Source: Escherichia phage YUEEL01. From it: a stretch of DNA of 64,000 bases. The position numbers were made by a program, and so were the translations under genes. Where the stretch lies: the sequence record NC_054935.2; one strand, given 5' to 3'. Every line of letters starts with the position of its first letter. Position 1 is the stretch's first letter. The notes beneath the pieces are model-generated. The model saw only the letters and a program-made list of their open reading frames with translations. It made no database searches and was not told the DNA's origin. Below are positions 60,171 through 64,000 of the stretch, piece by piece.

Positions 60171-61088
60171 ATGGATTTAGAAATGATGCTGGATGAAGAT
60201 TACAAAGAAGGAATTTGCTTAATTGACTTTAGTCAAATTGCACTTTCGACTGCTCTAGTAAACTTTCCAGATAAAGAAAAAATTAATTTATCAATGGTTC
60301 GTCATTTGATATTGAACTCAATTAAGTTTAATGTCAAAAAAGCAAAAACTCTTGGATACACTAAAATTGTACTGTGTATCGATAACGCAAAATCCGGATA
60401 TTGGCGTCGTGATTTTGCTTATTATTATAAGAAAAACCGTGGAAAAGCACGAGAAGAATCTACTTGGGACTGGGAAGGTTATTTTGAATCCAGTCATAAA
60501 GTTATAGATGAATTGAAAGCTTATATGCCATACATTGTTATGGATATTGATAAGTATGAAGCAGATGACCACATTGCTGTTCTTGTTAAAAAGTTCTCTT
60601 TAGAAGGGCACAAGATTTTAATCATTTCATCGGATGGTGACTTTACTCAACTTCACAAGTATCCAAATGTTAAGCAATGGTCACCGATGCATAAGAAATG
60701 GGTTAAAATTAAAAGCGGTTCTGCTGAAATTGATTGCATGACTAAAATCCTTAAAGGCGACAAAAAGGATAACGTTGCTTCAGTTAAAGTACGATCTGAC
60801 TTTTGGTTTACCAGAGTTGAAGGTGAACGAACTCCTTCAATGAAAACATCTATTGTTGAAGCTATTGCTAATGACCGTGAGCAAGCTAAGGTGCTTCTCA
60901 CCGAATCTGAATATAATCGATACAAAGAAAATTTAGTTCTAATTGACTTTGATTATATTCCTGATAATATTGCTTCAAACATTGTGAATTACTATAATTC
61001 ATATAAATTACCACCGCGTGGCAAAATTTATTCATATTTTGTAAAAGCGGGTCTTTCTAAATTAACTAATAGCATTAATGAATTTTGA
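60171..61088 (+). CDS. rnh: RNase H (5'-3' exonuclease / flap endonuclease)
   Basis: 305 aa from ATG 60171, MDLEMMLDEDYKEGICLIDFSQIALSTALVNFPDKEK...; matches T4 RNase H; track ORF begins at an upstream TTG. Confidence 0.9.
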   Translation: MDLEMMLDEDYKEGICLIDFSQIALSTALVNFPDKEKINLSMVRHLILNSIKFNVKKAKTLGYTKIVLCIDNAKSGYWRRDFAYYYKKNRGKAREESTWDWEGYFESSHKVIDELKAYMPYIVMDIDKYEADDHIAVLVKKFSLEGHKILIISSDGDFTQLHKYPNVKQWSPMHKKWVKIKSGSAEIDCMTKILKGDKKDNVASVKVRSDFWFTRVEGERTPSMKTSIVEAIANDREQAKVLLTESEYNRYKENLVLIDFDYIPDNIASNIVNYYNSYKLPPRGKIYSYFVKAGLSKLTNSINEF

Positions 61089-61096
61089 GGTGAATA

Positions 61097-61366
61097 ATGG
61101 CTAAAAAAGAAATGGTTGAATTTGATGAAGCTATTCATGGCGAAGACTTGGCCAAATTCATCAAAGAAGCATCTGATCATAAACTGAAAATTTCTGGTTA
61201 TAATGAATTGATTAAAGACATTCGAATTCGTGCTAAAGATGAACTTGGCGTTGATGGAAAGATGTTTAATCGTCTGTTAGCTTTGTATCATAAAGATAAC
61301 CGTGATGTGTTTGAAGCTGAAACCGAAGAGGTAGTTGAACTTTATGACACAGTTTTCTCTAAATGA
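61097..61366 (+). CDS. dsbA: DsbA double-stranded DNA-binding protein (late transcription enhancer)
   Basis: 89-aa ORF at the T4 dsbA position between rnh and 33. Confidence 0.7.
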   Translation: MAKKEMVEFDEAIHGEDLAKFIKEASDHKLKISGYNELIKDIRIRAKDELGVDGKMFNRLLALYHKDNRDVFEAETEEVVELYDTVFSK

Positions 61367-61682
61367 TATTCGTCCGGTCGATGAGACCGGTCTTTCAGAA
61401 AAAGAACTTTCAATTAAGAAAGAAAAGGATGAAATTGCAAAGCTTCTTGACCGTCAAGAAAATGGATTTATTATTGAAAAAATGGTAGAAGAGTTTGGAA
61501 TGAGTTATCTTGAAGCTACAACAGCATTCTTGGAAGAAAATTCTATTCCTGAAACTCAATTTGCTAAATTTATTCCTTCGGGTATAATTGAAAAAATTCA
61601 GTCAGAAGCTATTGACGAAAATCTTTTACGTCCTTCTGTTGTTCGTTGTGAAAAAACTAATACCTTAGATTTTCTACTATGA
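61344..61682 (+). CDS. 33: gp33 late transcription co-activator
   Basis: 112 aa from ATG 61344, MTQFSLNDIRPVDETGLSEKELSIKKEKDEIAKLLDRQENGFIIEKMVEEFG...; matches T4 gp33. Confidence 0.88.
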   Translation: MTQFSLNDIRPVDETGLSEKELSIKKEKDEIAKLLDRQENGFIIEKMVEEFGMSYLEATTAFLEENSIPETQFAKFIPSGIIEKIQSEAIDENLLRPSVVRCEKTNTLDFLL

Positions 61683-62332
61683 TTAAACTCCGCATGCCTG
61701 CTGGTGGTGAAAGATATATTGATGGTAAATCAGTTTATAAATTATACTTAATGATAAAACAACATATGAATGGAAAGTATGATGTAATTAAGTATAATTG
61801 GTGCATGCGGGTGTCTGATGCCGCTTATCAAAAGCGAAGGGATAAGTATTTTTTCCAGAAGTTATCAGAAAAATATAAATTAAAGGAACTTGCTTTAATC
61901 TTTATAAGCAATCTTGTTGCTAACCAAGATGCTTGGATTGGTGACATCTCTGACGCTGATGCACTTGTGTTTTATCGTGAATATATCGGACGCTTAAAGC
62001 AAATTAAATTTAAGTTTGAAGAAGATATTCGCAATATTTACTATTTTAGTAAAAAAGTTGAAGTTTCTGCTTTTAAAGAAATCTTTGAGTATAATCCAAA
62101 AGTTCAATCAAGTTATATTTTTAAACTACTTCAATCGAATATAATTTCGTTTGAGACGTTTATCTTGCTTGATTCGTTTTTAAATATAATTGATAAACAT
62201 GATGAACAGACTGATAATTTAGTCTGGAATAATTATTCTATAAAGTTAAAGGCTTATAGAAAAATTTTAAATATTGATTCACAGAAAGCCAAAAGTGTTT
62301 TCATTGAAACTGTGAAATCTTGCAAGTATTAA
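61679..62332 (+). CDS. 59: gp59 helicase loader
   Basis: 217 aa MIKLRMPAGGERYIDGKSVYKLYLMIKQHMNGKYDVIKYNWCMRVSDAAYQ... matches T4 gp59. Confidence 0.9.
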   Translation: MIKLRMPAGGERYIDGKSVYKLYLMIKQHMNGKYDVIKYNWCMRVSDAAYQKRRDKYFFQKLSEKYKLKELALIFISNLVANQDAWIGDISDADALVFYREYIGRLKQIKFKFEEDIRNIYYFSKKVEVSAFKEIFEYNPKVQSSYIFKLLQSNIISFETFILLDSFLNIIDKHDEQTDNLVWNNYSIKLKAYRKILNIDSQKAKSVFIETVKSCKY

Positions 62333-62340
62333 TTGCTTAT

Positions 62341-62348
62341 TATAAATA
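62341..62348 (+). promoter_or_regulatory. late promoter (TATAAATA) upstream of gene 32
   Basis: Exact tataaata 84 nt upstream of the gene 32 ATG. Confidence 0.5.
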
Positions 62349-62365
62349 GATTATAATTATCTCAC

Positions 62366-62431
62366 TGACCAGCTATGAGGTCATACATCGTCATAGCACC
62401 AACTGTTAATTAAATTAAAAAGGAAATAAAA
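62366..62431 (+). promoter_or_regulatory. gene 32 translational operator: H-type pseudoknot plus A/U-rich unstructured leader
   Basis: Stem 1 tgacc/ggtca and stem 2 gctatga/tcatagc interleaved, followed by ttaattaaattaaaaaggaaataaaa before the ATG; this is the gp32 autoregulatory site known from T4. Confidence 0.8.
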
Positions 62432-63340
62432 ATGTTTAAACGTAAATCTACTGCTGAACTCGCTGCACAAATGGCTAAACTGGCTGGAAATAAAGGTGGT
62501 TTTTCTTCTGAAGATAAAGGCGAGTGGAAACTGAAACTCGATAATGCGGGTAACGGTCAAGCAGTAATTCGTTTTCTTCCGTCTAAAAATGATGAACAAG
62601 CACCATTCGCAATTCTTGTAAATCACGGTTTCAAGAAAAATGGTAAATGGTATATCGAAAACTGTTCATCTACCCACGGTGATTACGATTCTTGTCCAGT
62701 ATGTCAGTACATCAGTAAAAATGATTTGTACAACACTGACAATAAAGAGTACGGTCTTGTTAAACGTAAAACTTCTTACTGGGCTAACATTCTTGTAGTA
62801 AAAGACCCAGCTGCTCCAGAAAATGAAGGTAAAGTATTTAAATACCGTTTCGGTAAGAAAATCTGGGATAAAATCAATGCAATGATTGCAGTTGATGTTG
62901 AAATGGGTGAAACTCCGGTTGATGTAACTTGTCCGTGGGAAGGTGCTAACTTTGTACTGAAAGTTAAACAAGTTTCTGGTTTTAGTAACTACGATGAATC
63001 TAAATTCCTGAATCAATCTGCGATTCCAAACATTGATGATGAATCTTTCCAGAAAGAACTGTTCGAACAAATGGTTGACCTTTCTGAAATGACTTCTAAA
63101 GATAAATTCAAATCGTTTGAAGAACTGAGCACTAAGTTCAGTCAAGTTATGGGAACTGCTGCTATGGGTGGTGCCGCAGCAACTGCCGCTAAGAAAGCTG
63201 ATAAAGTTGCTGATGATTTGGACGCATTCAATGTTGATGACTTCAAAACAAAAACTGAAGATGATTTTATGAGCTCAAGCTCTGGCAGTTCATCTAGTGC
63301 TGATGACACGGACCTGGATGACCTTTTGAATGACCTTTAA
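62432..63340 (+). CDS. 32: gp32 single-stranded DNA-binding protein
   Basis: 302 aa [50 protein letters not shown]... with acidic Ser/Asp-rich C-terminus; matches T4 gp32. Confidence 0.95.
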   Translation: MFKRKSTAELAAQMAKLAGNKGGFSSEDKGEWKLKLDNAGNGQAVIRFLPSKNDEQAPFAILVNHGFKKNGKWYIENCSSTHGDYDSCPVCQYISKNDLYNTDNKEYGLVKRKTSYWANILVVKDPAAPENEGKVFKYRFGKKIWDKINAMIAVDVEMGETPVDVTCPWEGANFVLKVKQVSGFSNYDESKFLNQSAIPNIDDESFQKELFEQMVDLSEMTSKDKFKSFEELSTKFSQVMGTAAMGGAAATAAKKADKVADDLDAFNVDDFKTKTEDDFMSSSSGSSSSADDTDLDDLLNDL

Positions 63341-63362
63341 TAGATTATATTACTAATTAATT

Positions 63363-63386
63363 GGGGACCCTAGAGGTCCCCTTTTT
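63363..63386 (+). terminator. intrinsic terminator after gene 32
   Basis: ggggaccctagaggtcccc followed by uuuuu. Confidence 0.65.
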
Positions 63387-63414
63387 ATTTCATTTTTTTT
63401 TTTTTCACAAAACG

Positions 63415-63444
63415 GTTTACATCCCTGTTCTTCTATGGTACTAT
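63415..63444 (+). promoter_or_regulatory. T4-type early promoter, preceded by a T13 tract
   Basis: gtttac, 18 bp, tactat within the conserved tggtactatacaactatc box. Confidence 0.55.
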
Positions 63445-63487
63445 ACAACTATCGGCAATACTGCTGACGATTAAAGAGGAAAACAAT

Positions 63488-63715
63488 ATGGCTAAAGTTG
63501 ATATTGACATCGTTGATTTTGAATATATTGAAGAAATTATTCGTAATCGTTATCCTGAACTTAGTATCACAAGAGTACAAGATTCTAAGTTTTGGAGTAT
63601 TCAAATCGTTATTGAAGGTCCTCTTGAAGACCTCACCCGCTTTATGGCTAATGAATATTGTGATGGTATGGATTCTGAAGACGCAGAATTTTATATGGGA
63701 CTGATTGAACAATAA
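63488..63715 (+). CDS. hypothetical acidic protein
   Basis: 75-aa ORF with AAGAGGAAAAC SD. Confidence 0.45.
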   Translation: MAKVDIDIVDFEYIEEIIRNRYPELSITRVQDSKFWSIQIVIEGPLEDLTRFMANEYCDGMDSEDAEFYMGLIEQ

Positions 63716-63759
63716 TTATCAAGGGGCTATTACAGCCCCGTTAAAATGAGGAAAACGTA

Positions 63760-64000
63760 ATGTATATTGGCAAAAAGTATGAACTTGTTCCAAGACTTAT
63801 TGATACATTTATTAATTATCGCCCACGTTCTAATTCATCAATAGTTAAAATTATTCAAGAAAATGGCGGATGGTTTGAAGTTAAAGAAGCTTTCTTTGCT
63901 GATGGATTTAGAGTAATAAAACACATTGAATGCGCAAATGGAAAGCATTTTTACTTTAACGTTTGCGAAGACGAATTTCATTGTTTCCGCGAGTATAAAG
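63760..64000 (+). CDS. hypothetical protein, 5' portion (runs off the window end)
   Basis: ATG at 63760 after GAGGAAAAC; open to the last base. Confidence 0.4.
   Translation, partial: MYIGKKYELVPRLIDTFINYRPRSNSSIVKIIQENGGWFEVKEAFFADGFRVIKHIECANGKHFYFNVCEDEFHCFREYK

Overview
This 64-kb window is a contiguous piece of a T-even (T4-like, Tequatrovirus-type) coliphage genome, read on the strand complementary to the conventional T4 map. Identification rests on recognising the translated ORFs from memory of T4 proteins; no database search was run. The + strand carries an unbroken early/middle block: NrdH-like redoxin, gene 55, alpha-glucosyltransferase, 47, 46, rpbA, 45, 44, 62, regA, 43, imm, 42, a glycosyltransferase, uvsX, 40, 41, dmd, sp, 61, a nuclease-like ORF, dam, 56, soc, modB, modA, srd, dda, dexA, 39, rIIA, rIIB, denB, ndd, stp, 52, motA, arn and asiA. 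The - strand then carries the late lysis and long-tail-fibre genes t, 38, 37, 36, 35 and 34, after which the + strand resumes with rnh, dsbA, 33, 59 and 32 (with its pseudoknot operator). The phage is T2-like rather than T4 itself: gene 39 is unsplit, gp38 is a glycine-rich adhesin, gp37 ends in a chaperone-like tail, no homing-endonuclease genes or introns are present, and the beta-gt slot holds a different glycosyltransferase. Regulatory signals are dense and mostly canonical (GTTTAC early promoters, MotA-box middle promoters, TATAAATA late promoters, UUCG-tetraloop terminators). The strongest candidate for something undescribed is a three-gene module between gene 61 and gene 56: a divergent small membrane protein, a 186-aa ORF with a PD-(D/E)xK nuclease-like core, and Dam translationally coupled to it. 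I cannot confirm from memory whether T4 has a counterpart, so this is a hypothesis. Other points worth a second look are the glycosyltransferase in the beta-gt slot, an opal-interrupted ORF where T4 carries segF, a lipoprotein next to imm, and a uORF over the uvsX start. Track-derived CDS coordinates are exact; promoter, terminator and sub-60-aa ORF coordinates were placed by eye and may be off by 1-2 nt.
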